Shown here: positions 1-9,464 of the stretch, in pieces | Position numbering within the stretch: the first letter of the stretch is position 1 | Layout of the letters: every line of letters begins with the position of its first letter | Assembly: GCA_030765185.1 (NCBI GenBank) | Contig: JAVCDE010000002.1 | Location: forward strand, 853 to 64,852 | Direction of reading: 5' to 3' | DNA: 64,000 bases | Origin: Candidatus Aceula meridiana | GTDB taxonomy: Bacteria; Omnitrophota; Gorgyraeia; Zapsychrales; Aceulaceae | Position numbers and translations under genes: made by a program | Notes under the pieces: generated by a model | What the model saw: only the letters and a program-made list of their open reading frames with translations | Told to the model about the DNA's origin: nothing | Databases searched by the model: none

Positions 1-1
1 A

Positions 2-238
2 AGCCGCGGGAAGCCTCATCCTGAGCCTTATCAAAAGGCCTTGAAAGTGTTAAAATGTAAAAGATCTGACGCCATTGTTATTGAAAATGCACCTTTTGGG
101 ATACAGTCGGCGAAGGCGGCAGGCATATACTGTTTAGCAATTGAGACATCCTTACCGAAGAAATATTTAAAAAAAGCAGATCAAGTTTTTCACTCTTTTA
201 AACATTTAAAAAATAACGTTTGTCTTTCCAAAAGATGA
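2..238 (+). CDS. HAD-superfamily hydrolase, C-terminal fragment (5' end lies outside window)
   Basis: Frame open from window edge; translation ...KPHPEPYQKA...IENAPFGIQSAKAAG... matches HAD-IA phosphatase/beta-phosphoglucomutase C-terminal motifs; stop TGA 236-238 overlaps next gene ATG (ATGA). Confidence 0.6.
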   Translation, partial: SRGKPHPEPYQKALKVLKCKRSDAIVIENAPFGIQSAKAAGIYCLAIETSLPKKYLKKADQVFHSFKHLKNNVCLSKR

Positions 239-1095
239 AAATGAAAAAAGTACTTATTGTCTATAAAAAATCTTTTTATGAGCAAAGTGTCTGCTTAAAT
301 CGCAGCAAGAAAGTTTTTTTAAAAAGCGAAATTGCGCGTTTTCTAGACATGCACAAGGAGCACGCCAAGACAATAGAGTTTGTTGAACGCACCCTTAAAA
401 GTCTAAAGATTCCTTATAAAAAATGTTTTCGTTGTCCTCAGATTAATTATACGCCGTATAGTCTTGTTGTAACTGTTGGTGGTGATGGAACGTTTCTTCA
501 TGCTGCACGTCATCTTAAGAGTCAGACTATCCTCGGCGTCAACTCTGATCCAGCACGCAGTGTTGGAAAATTTTGCGCTGCAACACGATTTAATTTTGAA
601 AAGATTTTAAAGCCGGTCCTTGCCGGAAAGGTGAAACCAACGCTTCTTCCTCGATTAACTGTCCGCACAAATACTAGCAAACAAATAACAGTTGTTAACG
701 ACATTCTAGTATGCGACGAGAACCCTGCTGCGATGAGCCGTTATGTTTTATCCATAAACGGAAAGATAGAGTATCAGCGAAGTTCCGGTGTTTGGATTTC
801 TACCGCTGCCGGGTCATCCGGCGCTATTAATTCAGCCGGAGGAAAAATATTGCCGATGAATAGTAATGCTGTGCAGTATCAGACGCGCGAACTTTATTAC
901 AGAAGAAAAGGGGAGTTTAAATTAATCGGCGGGACTATTCATCTGAAGGAGCCAATCAAAGTTCGTTCGCAAATGCGAACGGGAATGATTTTCTTAGACG
1001 GTGCTCATGTGAAGATTCCATTTGATTTTGGCAAAGAGCTAATCATTGGCCAATCGCCACATGCTTTAAACGCTATTTTGAAGAAGACAAAATGA
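235..1095 (+). CDS. nadK: NAD(+) kinase
   Basis: GGDGTFLHAARHL and NDILV motifs typical of NadK/PpnK; ORF-finder start at 220 is TTG, ATG at 235 (MKMKKVLIVYKK) preferred; 287 aa. Confidence 0.85.
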   Translation: MKMKKVLIVYKKSFYEQSVCLNRSKKVFLKSEIARFLDMHKEHAKTIEFVERTLKSLKIPYKKCFRCPQINYTPYSLVVTVGGDGTFLHAARHLKSQTILGVNSDPARSVGKFCAATRFNFEKILKPVLAGKVKPTLLPRLTVRTNTSKQITVVNDILVCDENPAAMSRYVLSINGKIEYQRSSGVWISTAAGSSGAINSAGGKILPMNSNAVQYQTRELYYRRKGEFKLIGGTIHLKEPIKVRSQMRTGMIFLDGAHVKIPFDFGKELIIGQSPHALNAILKKTK

Positions 1096-2153
1096 GTTCA
1101 GAAAAGTTTTCAACCTGTCTAATTTGTTGGTATCGCAAAAATAAAAGAGACCTTCCTTGGCGAAAAACACGTGATCCCTATAAAATTTGGATTTCGGAAA
1201 TTATGCTTCAGCAGACAACAGTTTCTGCTGTTATTCCTTATTATGAACGGTGGATAAAAAAATTTCCGAGCATAAAAAGCGTATCTCGTGCGTCGTTACA
1301 GAAAGTTTTAAAAGTTTGGCAAGGTCTAGGCTACTACAGCCGCGCACGTAATATCCATAAATGTGCAAAAAATTTAATGCAGTTTCATGGAGGAAAGATT
1401 CCTCAGGGCTATGAACCCTTGCGTAAGTTACCAGGATTCGGTCCGTACACAACAGGCGCAGTTTTAAGTATTGCATTTGATAAAAGATTCTCAATTGTTG
1501 ATGCCAATGTCAGACGAGTCGTAATGCGCTTGTTGGCTCTTAAAGGCCAAGCTGACACTACAAAAGATAAAAAGGTTGAAGTGTTTCTTGAGGATGTGAT
1601 GCCTCAAAAGGCCATGAGTGATTTTAATCAGGGCCTGATGGAGCTTGGTGCATTAGTATGCAGAAGTAAGGAGCCAGCTTGCAACATGTGTCCTGTAAAA
1701 AACTTTTGTAAGGCGTACGCCCAAAACATTCAAGAAATTATTCCAACGCCAAAAAAGATTGAGATTAAAAATATCTCGGTTGCTGTTGCCATTATTGAAA
1801 AAAATAAAAAGTTTTTGATTCAAAGGCGTCCTTTAAAAGGGCTTTTGGCTGGCCTTTGGGAATTCCCCGGAGGAAAGTTAAAGAAAGCTGAGAGCTCAAA
1901 GAAGGCTCTTGTACGCGAGGTAAAAGAAGAGCTCGGAATGGATGCAATTGATTTGCGTCCGTTTATGAAGACAAAACATTTTTATACGCAATATCGTGTT
2001 TTACTAGATGTTTGGAAATGTGGCCTTAAAAAATATCCAAAGCAAAACGACGATAGGAAATGGGTAAGTTTAGCAAATTTAAAGAAATATCCGATGCCAT
2101 CAGGAGACGCAAAAATTTTAGAGAAACTTATAGAATTAAAGGGAATCAAATGA
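1092..2153 (+). CDS. mutY: A/G-specific adenine DNA glycosylase MutY (HhH-GPD glycosylase plus C-terminal NUDIX domain)
   Basis: N-terminus ...WYRKNKRDLPWRKTRDPYKIWISEIMLQQTTV...; C-terminal MutT-like LAGLWEFPGGK...REVKEELG; ATGA overlap with nadK stop. Confidence 0.85.
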   Translation: MSSEKFSTCLICWYRKNKRDLPWRKTRDPYKIWISEIMLQQTTVSAVIPYYERWIKKFPSIKSVSRASLQKVLKVWQGLGYYSRARNIHKCAKNLMQFHGGKIPQGYEPLRKLPGFGPYTTGAVLSIAFDKRFSIVDANVRRVVMRLLALKGQADTTKDKKVEVFLEDVMPQKAMSDFNQGLMELGALVCRSKEPACNMCPVKNFCKAYAQNIQEIIPTPKKIEIKNISVAVAIIEKNKKFLIQRRPLKGLLAGLWEFPGGKLKKAESSKKALVREVKEELGMDAIDLRPFMKTKHFYTQYRVLLDVWKCGLKKYPKQNDDRKWVSLANLKKYPMPSGDAKILEKLIELKGIK

Positions 2154-2908
2154 AAATTTTACTAACAAACGATGACGGTATTCAAGCCGACGGTATTTAT
2201 GCGCTTTATAAAGAGCTTAGAAAAATTGGTCAAGTTGTTGTGGTGGCGCCGGACACTCAAAAAAGCGCTGCAAGCCATTCCATTACTTTGTCTCGTCCAA
2301 TTTGGTATAAAAAAACAAAAGTCAAAAATCGCTTTATAGGTTATGGTGTTTCTGGAACCCCAGCCGACTGCGTCAAGTTTGCACTAAAAATTTTGCTTAA
2401 GAAAAAACCGGACCTAATTGTTTCAGGAATTAATTTAGGCCCTAATGATGCAACAAGTGTGTTTTATTCAGGAACAATTGCTGCCGCTCGTGAAGGAGCT
2501 CTTTGTGGTGTGCCATCGATTGCCGTATCACTAAATACCTTTACGAATCCAAACTATTTGGCTGCTGCAAAATTTAGCGCAAAACTTTCGAAAAAAGTAT
2601 TATCAGAAGGAATTCCTAAGGGAACATTCCTCAATGTTAATGTCCCGAGCCTTCCAAAATCAAAAATTAAAGGTGTTCATATTACGCATCAGGGGCTAAA
2701 GCCTTTTCGAACAATTTTCTCAAAAAAAAGAGATAAGGGTAAGCAAGATTTTTATTGGATGTCCTGTGAAACACCGCGGCTTAGCAAACGTACTGGCAGC
2801 GACACGCATGCCATAGCAGGGGACTTTATTTCTATTACACCTCTTCAGAATGATTTAACAAATTATGAATTTATGCAAGACCTTGAAAAATGGGGTTTTA
2901 ATGGATAA
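2150..2908 (+). CDS. surE: 5'/3'-nucleotidase SurE
   Basis: MKILLTNDDGIQADGI... and SGINLGPN...YSGTIAAAREG motifs; ATG 2150 overlaps mutY stop (ATGA). Confidence 0.85.
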   Translation: MKILLTNDDGIQADGIYALYKELRKIGQVVVVAPDTQKSAASHSITLSRPIWYKKTKVKNRFIGYGVSGTPADCVKFALKILLKKKPDLIVSGINLGPNDATSVFYSGTIAAAREGALCGVPSIAVSLNTFTNPNYLAAAKFSAKLSKKVLSEGIPKGTFLNVNVPSLPKSKIKGVHITHQGLKPFRTIFSKKRDKGKQDFYWMSCETPRLSKRTGSDTHAIAGDFISITPLQNDLTNYEFMQDLEKWGFNG

Positions 2909-2972
2909 AATTTTGTATTTTTCTGTTTCCAGAAGGGTAAAATAGCATTACAATAATCACACGGAAAAAACT

Positions 2973-4034
2973 ATGCTTGAACAAGAAATTTTAAACGCCA
3001 AAATATTAATTATCGATGACCAAAAGCTTCATCTTGGATTGCTTAAGGATATTCTCAAAAAAGCAGGTTATGCTAATATCGAATCAACAACAGATCCTCA
3101 AGAGGGTATTGAGCTGTACCAAGATTTTAAGCCGGACATTCTCCTTTTAGATCTTATCATGCCTAAGATTGATGGTTTTTCTGTCATGGCTCAGCTTAAA
3201 GAGGTCGTGAAAAATGAGGCTATGCCTATTTTGGCTCTTTCTCCGGAAAAAGGGCAAGACATTCGATTAAAGGCTTTAGAAGCAGGAGCAACAGACTTTA
3301 TTAGCAAGCCTTATGAAGGACTTGAAGTTTTAGTACGCATCCGAAATATTATCGCTGGGCATCTTCTTCATAATCAGGTAAAGAATCAAAATAAAATTTT
3401 GGAAGAAAAAGTTCAGGAGCGCACTAAAGAACTTCGGACAACACGTTTAGATATTATTCGTCGCTTGGCAAGGGCTGCAGAATTTCGTGATGAGGATACC
3501 GGCATCCATATTGTCCGCATGAGTAAATTATGCACAAAAGTTGGCAAGGAGATAGGGATGGATGCGCAACAATGTGATTTGTTGCTTAATGCGTCGCCTT
3601 TACATGACATCGGAAAACTTGGCATTCCGGACAATGTTCTTTTAAAGCCGGGAAAATTGACACCTGAAGAATGGGAAATTATGAAAAAGCACGCCTCGAT
3701 TGGGGCTGAGCTTTTATCCGGAAGCAATTCTGATCTTATGGAAATGGCAGAGGTCATTGCCATGACTCATCATGAAAAATGGGATGGAACAGGCTATCCA
3801 CAAGGATTAAAAGGCGAGGCTATCCCTTTGGTTGGCCGCATTACAGCGATTTGCGATGTGTTTGATGCTTTGATGTCTAAGCGTCCTTATAAGAAGGCAT
3901 GGACTTTTAAAGAAGTTGTCGATGAAATAAAAGCAACCAGTGGCACACATTTTGACCCTAAAATTGTTGATGCATTTTTAAAAATTTTACCGGACAAAGA
4001 GGTCCTTAAAAAAGATTACGAATCTGAGCAATAA
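2973..4034 (+). CDS. Response regulator with receiver plus HD-GYP phosphodiesterase domain (RpfG-like)
   Basis: N-terminal CheY-like receiver (ILIIDDQ...LLLDLIMPKIDG); C-terminal HD domain with HDIGK and HHEKWDGTGYP (HD-GYP signature). Confidence 0.85.
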   Translation: MLEQEILNAKILIIDDQKLHLGLLKDILKKAGYANIESTTDPQEGIELYQDFKPDILLLDLIMPKIDGFSVMAQLKEVVKNEAMPILALSPEKGQDIRLKALEAGATDFISKPYEGLEVLVRIRNIIAGHLLHNQVKNQNKILEEKVQERTKELRTTRLDIIRRLARAAEFRDEDTGIHIVRMSKLCTKVGKEIGMDAQQCDLLLNASPLHDIGKLGIPDNVLLKPGKLTPEEWEIMKKHASIGAELLSGSNSDLMEMAEVIAMTHHEKWDGTGYPQGLKGEAIPLVGRITAICDVFDALMSKRPYKKAWTFKEVVDEIKATSGTHFDPKIVDAFLKILPDKEVLKKDYESEQ

Positions 4035-4038
4035 TTAA

Positions 4039-6207
4039 ATGAATAATTCTGACACCCAGCGATTTATAGAATTTACACCAAAGGTTCCTGTTCTTGATCT
4101 TAAAGAGCAGGGGGCGATGCTTTCTGACTTCACAACGGAGTCGCTCGAACTTTTGATGGATGCAAAAAATGCTATTCTTACCCTCGAAACAGTTCCCAAT
4201 GACCTTCAGGCTTTAAATAATGCATTTAAGGTTTTTTATACGATTACCGGATTGGCGGAATTTCTAAATCTTCATGATATTCAGCGGTTAACAAAAGATG
4301 CCGAAGAACTTTTTGATCTGTGGCGTAAAGGGTTGCTGGTTTTTGATGCAAAACTTATCGAAGTTTCCCTGGAAGTCGTTGACACGACCCGAAAGCTTTT
4401 AGATGCGCTACATGAACAACTTTCTGAAAAAGGTGAGATAAAAGACTACGTTGATATCACGCCTGTGTTAAAAACAATTTACAATGTGAAAAGAAATATT
4501 CAGCTTGATGATGCGCAGGAAACTAAGAAGAAGAGTTCAAAAAAAGTCATGCCGATTAAAATGGATGATTCACGTGCAAACCTAATGAAGCGTCAGCAAG
4601 AGCTGGTACAAGAGCGTGAGCTTGCGATGCGCTTAAGTCAGCAAGCACAAAGGGAAGCTTCAGAAAAGGGTGAAATGCTTGCAAGCATGTCACATGAAAT
4701 GCGTACTCTGATTAATGCAATCTTAGGTTTTTCCGACTTACTGATTAAAAGTCCGCTTGAGGATAAGCAAAAGGAATTTTTATCGTCTATTCATTCAAGC
4801 GGGGAACTTCTTTTAGAAATTATTAATAATATTTTGGATTTGGCTAAGGTTGAACGAGGAAAAATAAAATTTGAAAAAGTAGGATTTCATTTTGAAGAAC
4901 TCATTGAGGATGTTTTTCGTATTATCCGAACACGTTTAGAAGGTAAGCCCATTGCGCTATTTTATGATATTGACCTTACTGTTCCTCTTGGGCTTAAGGG
5001 AGACCCAACGCGATTGCGTCAAATCCTTATCAATCTTTTAAACAATTCTGTAAAATTTACTAAAAAAGGAGAAATTGGTCTAAAAGTTAGCTTGGCAGAA
5101 AAATCTTTAAAGAATGAAACGACGCTATTGTTTAGAGTTTCTGATACCGGCATTGGCATTCCGAAAAGCCGTCAGAATTTTATTTTCGAGCCTTTTACGC
5201 AAGGAGATAATTCTGTTTCAAGAGAATACGGCGGCACAGGTTTAGGCTTAACAATTTCTCGAAGCTATGTCGAGGCAATGGGAGGAAAGCTTTGGGTTGA
5301 GTCTGAAGAAGGAAAAGGAAGTAATTTTATTTTTTCTATGTCTTTTCCACTGGACAAAGCATCAGGGCAGAGAAAAATATCCAAGCTTCCGGCAAAGGCT
5401 CTTTCGGAAAAGACGGCATTTATCGTTGATAAAGATACACGAGGCGCTCTTCAGGGATGTTGTGAACACTACAAAATAAAAACAACGCTCGCGGAAGGTG
5501 ACTCAAAGCAAATTTTTAATGACCTTCAAAAACAGGCCAACAGCAAACAGGGTGCCCCTGATATTATTTTTATTGATATTCTCACGGGCCGCGAAGATTC
5601 TTATCTTTTGGCGAGCAAGGTGCGCAACGATGAGCTTTTAAAAACAACAAAAATTATTGCGGTGGCCGCTGATATTCGGATGAGTGTTTCTAGTGAGGCG
5701 TATGAACAGTGTTTTGATGATTTTCTTTTAAGGCCTATTCTTCATGGAGAATTTTTAAGTGTTATTCAGAAATCTTTAGGAATTAAATTTACTGAAGAAA
5801 TAAAATCTTCCGACGGTGAAAAAGATGATGTATCTTGTGAAGGCATCAAGGTTCTTATCGTTGATGACAGTCCTACAAACATCGAACTCATTAAAGCATA
5901 TTTTGAATCAATTGGATGTAAAGGCTCTTATGCAGTTAATGGCCAGGAGGCTATTGAAAAAATTCGAGAAAACGAGTATGATATATGCTTCATGGATCTT
6001 CAGATGCCGGTATTAAATGGCTACGCCGCTGCTCAGATTATCCGTGATGAAATCAGTAAAGATCTTCCGATTGTGGCGCTTACAGCTGCTGACATTTCGG
6101 AAGACAGGGAAAGATGTATGCAAATTGGGTTTAATGATTTTCTCATGAAACCCTTTGATATGGACGAATTTCAAGGTAAAATTATTCAATATGGCAAACG
6201 AATTTAA
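4039..6207 (+). CDS. Hybrid sensor histidine kinase (HPt-like N-terminus, HisKA, HATPase_c, C-terminal receiver)
   Basis: H-box SHEMRTLINAILGFSDLL; G-boxes DTGIGIP...GGTGLGL; C-terminal receiver VLIVDDSPTNIELIK...DICFMDLQMPVLNGY; N-terminal ~130 aa resemble an HPt domain but carry Tyr where the phospho-His is expected (KVFYTITGLAEFL). Confidence 0.85.
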   Translation: MNNSDTQRFIEFTPKVPVLDLKEQGAMLSDFTTESLELLMDAKNAILTLETVPNDLQALNNAFKVFYTITGLAEFLNLHDIQRLTKDAEELFDLWRKGLLVFDAKLIEVSLEVVDTTRKLLDALHEQLSEKGEIKDYVDITPVLKTIYNVKRNIQLDDAQETKKKSSKKVMPIKMDDSRANLMKRQQELVQERELAMRLSQQAQREASEKGEMLASMSHEMRTLINAILGFSDLLIKSPLEDKQKEFLSSIHSSGELLLEIINNILDLAKVERGKIKFEKVGFHFEELIEDVFRIIRTRLEGKPIALFYDIDLTVPLGLKGDPTRLRQILINLLNNSVKFTKKGEIGLKVSLAEKSLKNETTLLFRVSDTGIGIPKSRQNFIFEPFTQGDNSVSREYGGTGLGLTISRSYVEAMGGKLWVESEEGKGSNFIFSMSFPLDKASGQRKISKLPAKALSEKTAFIVDKDTRGALQGCCEHYKIKTTLAEGDSKQIFNDLQKQANSKQGAPDIIFIDILTGREDSYLLASKVRNDELLKTTKIIAVAADIRMSVSSEAYEQCFDDFLLRPILHGEFLSVIQKSLGIKFTEEIKSSDGEKDDVSCEGIKVLIVDDSPTNIELIKAYFESIGCKGSYAVNGQEAIEKIRENEYDICFMDLQMPVLNGYAAAQIIRDEISKDLPIVALTAADISEDRERCMQIGFNDFLMKPFDMDEFQGKIIQYGKRI

Positions 6208-6583
6208 AAAAATACTTGTTGTTGATGACTCCACACTTGAGAGAGAACTTTTAATTGAAATTTTAAAAGGCTCCGGAATTACAAATGATTTTATGCAGGC
6301 AAAAAGTGGAGAGCACGCCATTGAGGTTCTCGGGCGACATTTTAAACAAATTTGTTTAATTTTGCTCGACTGGCAAATGCCGGAGATGTCGGGCTTAGAG
6401 TTTATGGAAGGTGTTGTTAAGGTGCCGACGGTTGCTGAAATTCCAATTGTTATGGTTACGGCCTCTGGTTCTGAAGAAAATAAAAAACAAGCACGTGGAG
6501 TAAATCCAAAACTCGCCGGATATGTTGTTAAACCCTACGAGCCGGAAGTTTTAGTAGAGACGATTCGGCCGTATACAAGATAA
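6191..6583 (+). CDS. Single-domain response regulator (CheY-like receiver)
   Basis: KILVVDDSTLERELLIEILK...LLDWQMPEMSGLEF...; ATG at 6191 chosen over upstream ATG at 6155 that overlaps the kinase gene. Confidence 0.8.
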   Translation: MANEFKKILVVDDSTLERELLIEILKGSGITNDFMQAKSGEHAIEVLGRHFKQICLILLDWQMPEMSGLEFMEGVVKVPTVAEIPIVMVTASGSEENKKQARGVNPKLAGYVVKPYEPEVLVETIRPYTR

Positions 6584-6598
6584 TTAAGGACAACAAAT

Positions 6599-7180
6599 AT
6601 GTTTTTTGGTGGAAAAGTTAATCCAGATCTAGAAGATTTCGGTAAAGCGCTTGCCAAAAGCGTTGAGCAACTTTTTTTAGAACGCAATAATATTAAATTT
6701 TCTCAAGAACCTAAGCTAGAGCGTAAAGGTATTATTGAATATAACGGAAAAATGCGCGCTGAGGGGATGGAGAAATTTAATGACCCAACATTCATCTCAG
6801 CAATCAATTATTATTTGAATACGGCAAACATGGAAAAAAACAAAGCCGTTGGAGCTGTGATAACTTACATCGAGCAAGGGTACGTCACAACACTGTTAAA
6901 GCTTTTAAAGTATCCTATGGCCGATGATGAAGATTTAGATGCTTTAGCCGATTGTTGCGGAACGCTTTGCAATATTCTTGCGGGGGCTTTTAAGACAGCG
7001 ATTTCAAAGATGGGATACCTTGAGCTTGAAATGTCTGCTTTTGCAAGTCATCGGAATAAAGCCATCAGTGGTGTTGATTTTTGTTATAATGAACGTGATA
7101 AATATGAAGTAAGTTTTTTTATAAAGGATCAGAAACGTCTTGTTGTAGAAATGACAATGGGAATTTTACCTAAGAGATAG
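6599..7180 (+). CDS. Hypothetical protein, CheX/CheC-like (possible receiver phosphatase fold, catalytic Glu apparently replaced)
   Basis: 193 aa; segment LDALADCCGTLCNILAGAFKTAIS resembles CheX ...AIGELGNMTAGK... (D-x3-E-x2-N core, here D-x3-T-x2-N); sits between receivers and HPt gene. Assignment by eye only. Confidence 0.35.
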   Translation: MFFGGKVNPDLEDFGKALAKSVEQLFLERNNIKFSQEPKLERKGIIEYNGKMRAEGMEKFNDPTFISAINYYLNTANMEKNKAVGAVITYIEQGYVTTLLKLLKYPMADDEDLDALADCCGTLCNILAGAFKTAISKMGYLELEMSAFASHRNKAISGVDFCYNERDKYEVSFFIKDQKRLVVEMTMGILPKR

Positions 7181-7207
7181 AACAACAAAGATTATAAGGG
7201 GAAATAA

Positions 7208-7549
7208 ATGTCTGATGAATTTCAATATGATATAGCAGCCGTGGCGACTGAGCTACGCATTCGTCCTGAAATATTAAAAAAACTATTGGAAAGTTTTTCG
7301 AATACTCTTTCAGAAAAGATCATTCAGCTAGACATGCTTGTTCCGGTTAATGATACTGATAAGATTCGCGCGATTATGCATGAGGTTAAAGGGACAGGTG
7401 GAAATCTCCGACTGACAAAAGTTTATGAAACTGCGGATACAATGCATGTTGCGGTTAAGGCTGAAGAGCCTCAGAATAAGATTTTAAATCTTTTTGAAGA
7501 ATTTAAAGAAGCATCTAATTTATTCATTGAACATATAAAACATAGTTAG
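7208..7549 (+). CDS. Stand-alone histidine phosphotransfer (HPt) protein
   Basis: 113 aa; classic HPt motif HEVKGTGGNLRL with conserved His. Confidence 0.75.
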   Translation: MSDEFQYDIAAVATELRIRPEILKKLLESFSNTLSEKIIQLDMLVPVNDTDKIRAIMHEVKGTGGNLRLTKVYETADTMHVAVKAEEPQNKILNLFEEFKEASNLFIEHIKHS

Positions 7550-7566
7550 CTTAAAGGAGTTTTGTT

Positions 7567-7962
7567 ATGTGGAAAATACTTGTTGTTGAAGATAATATCG
7601 AAAATCAAATGCTTCTAGTTGAGATTTTGCGTGACCATGCAAATTGCGATACCGCCTCTAACGGAAAAGAGGCTATTGAAAGGTATAATGAATCACTAAA
7701 AGAAAAACCATACGACCTTATTCTTCTAGATGTTGAAATGCCGGAAATCGGTGGCCTCGAACTTTTAAGGAGAATTCGTCAGAGTGAAGAGGCAGCTGAC
7801 ATTCCTTTAGGCGAAGGCGTTTCGATTATCATGGTTACAGCGCATAAAAAGCCATTTTTAGACGCTTTTTATCAAGGATGCAATGATTACATCATTAAAC
7901 CAATCGATGCAGACAAGCTTATCCAAAAGATTGAGAAGAAGCTCGGGCCTGCAAACAATTAG
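7567..7962 (+). CDS. Single-domain response regulator (CheY-like receiver)
   Basis: MWKILVVEDNIENQMLLVEIL...DLILLDVEMPEIGGLELL...IMVTAHK; 131 aa. Confidence 0.85.
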   Translation: MWKILVVEDNIENQMLLVEILRDHANCDTASNGKEAIERYNESLKEKPYDLILLDVEMPEIGGLELLRRIRQSEEAADIPLGEGVSIIMVTAHKKPFLDAFYQGCNDYIIKPIDADKLIQKIEKKLGPANN

Positions 7963-8159
7963 AAATCTCCACTGACAAACTTGTCGCTTGCAATTTTAGA
8001 GAGTTACGTTTATAATGTAATTCTCTTTTTATAAATATAAATATATAAGGGAAGATCTTGTTTCGGCTGCAAAATATTAGCTTCAATGGATCCACAAAGA
8101 TGTATCCTGATTTTTCGATTCACGAAAAACAGAATAAATTCAGCATTTAAGGAGTTTTA

Positions 8160-9452
8160 ATGAAAAACACTGCAAAATTGATTATCGGTGACAAAGAATA
8201 TAAGTTTCCTATTGTTGAGGGAACTGAACATGAAAAAGGGATTGATATCCGCAACTTAAGACTTCAGACTGGCCATACAACCTATGATCCAGGCCTTGCC
8301 AATACCGGTGCATGCGAAAGCTCAATCACGTTTATTGATGGGGAAAAGGGTATTTTGAGATATCGAGGCATCCCGATTGAACAGTTAGCCACACATTCAA
8401 CTTTCGTTGAAACAGCATATCTTTTGCTTTACGGCAATCTTCCTAAAAAGAATCAGCTTAAGGACTTTTCAAGTAAGTTTACGCTTCATGCGATGATCCA
8501 TGAAGACATGAAGAACTTTTTTGATGGATATCCTGCCTGGGGACATCCGATGGGAATTTTGTCTTCTATGGTTTGTTCGCTGTCAGCATATTATCCAGAA
8601 CTAGAGAAAATTGAAATACCAAAAAAAGATATCGGGACCATTGCCGTTGAACTTATCTCAAAGGTAAGGACCATTGCAGCTTTTTCTTATAAAAAGAAGA
8701 TGGGTGAGCCATTTGTTTATCCAAGGGCAGATTTGAAATTTATTCCAAATTTTTTGAATATGATGTTTTCATCGACAAATCGTGACTACAAGATTGAGCC
8801 AGAAGTCGTTCATGCCCTTCAGACGCTTTTTATTCTTCATGCAGACCATGAGCAAAATTGCGGAACATCTACTGTTCGTATTGTTGGAAGCTCTTGGGCG
8901 AATTTATTTGCTTCAATTTCTGCTGGTATTTGTGCGCTTTGGGGTCCTCTGCATGGGGGAGCAAATCAACGCGTAACAGAAATGCTTGAAAAAATTCAAC
9001 GTAACGGTGGAAATGTCGATAAATTTATTCAAAAGATTAAAAACCGTGACAGCAATACAAAGCTAATGGGTTTTGGTCACCGTGTCTATAAAAACCATGA
9101 TCCTCGCGCTAAGGTTATCAAAGCAAGAGCCACTGCACTCTTAGAAAAGCTAGGTGTGGATGATCCATTGCTTAAGATTGCTATTAAGCTTGAAGAAGCT
9201 GCCTTAAAGGAAGACTTTTTTATAGAACGCAAGCTTTATCCGAATGTCGACTTCTACAGCGGCATTATTTATCGCGCAATTGGCATTCCGACAGACATGG
9301 CACCTGTTATGTTTGCTATGGCCCGCATGGCCGGATGGGTTTCGCAATGGGTAGAAATGCGAGAAACCCCAGGCATGCGCATTAGTCGCCCACGGCAAAT
9401 TTATACCGGTGAAACCGAGAGAGACTACATTCCGGTTGAAAAACGTAAATAG
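8160..9452 (+). CDS. gltA: Citrate synthase (type II)
   Basis: 430 aa; GFGHRVYKNHDPRA catalytic motif; N-terminal MKNTAKLIIGDKEYKFPIVEGTE typical of hexameric citrate synthases; SD AAGGAG upstream. Confidence 0.9.
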   Translation: MKNTAKLIIGDKEYKFPIVEGTEHEKGIDIRNLRLQTGHTTYDPGLANTGACESSITFIDGEKGILRYRGIPIEQLATHSTFVETAYLLLYGNLPKKNQLKDFSSKFTLHAMIHEDMKNFFDGYPAWGHPMGILSSMVCSLSAYYPELEKIEIPKKDIGTIAVELISKVRTIAAFSYKKKMGEPFVYPRADLKFIPNFLNMMFSSTNRDYKIEPEVVHALQTLFILHADHEQNCGTSTVRIVGSSWANLFASISAGICALWGPLHGGANQRVTEMLEKIQRNGGNVDKFIQKIKNRDSNTKLMGFGHRVYKNHDPRAKVIKARATALLEKLGVDDPLLKIAIKLEEAALKEDFFIERKLYPNVDFYSGIIYRAIGIPTDMAPVMFAMARMAGWVSQWVEMRETPGMRISRPRQIYTGETERDYIPVEKRK

Positions 9453-9464
9453 AAAGAATTTTCT

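Noticed and set aside
522-704. Antisense or nested ORFs of 60-180 aa inside well-supported genes (e.g. 522-704, 1231-1494, 3413-3763, 34639-35181, 45629-46063, 50050-50340, 52812-53108)
   Set aside because: They lie entirely within and opposite to (or out of frame with) genes with strong family assignments, and have low-complexity or Ser/Arg/Pro-rich translations typical of spurious frames. No SD sites.
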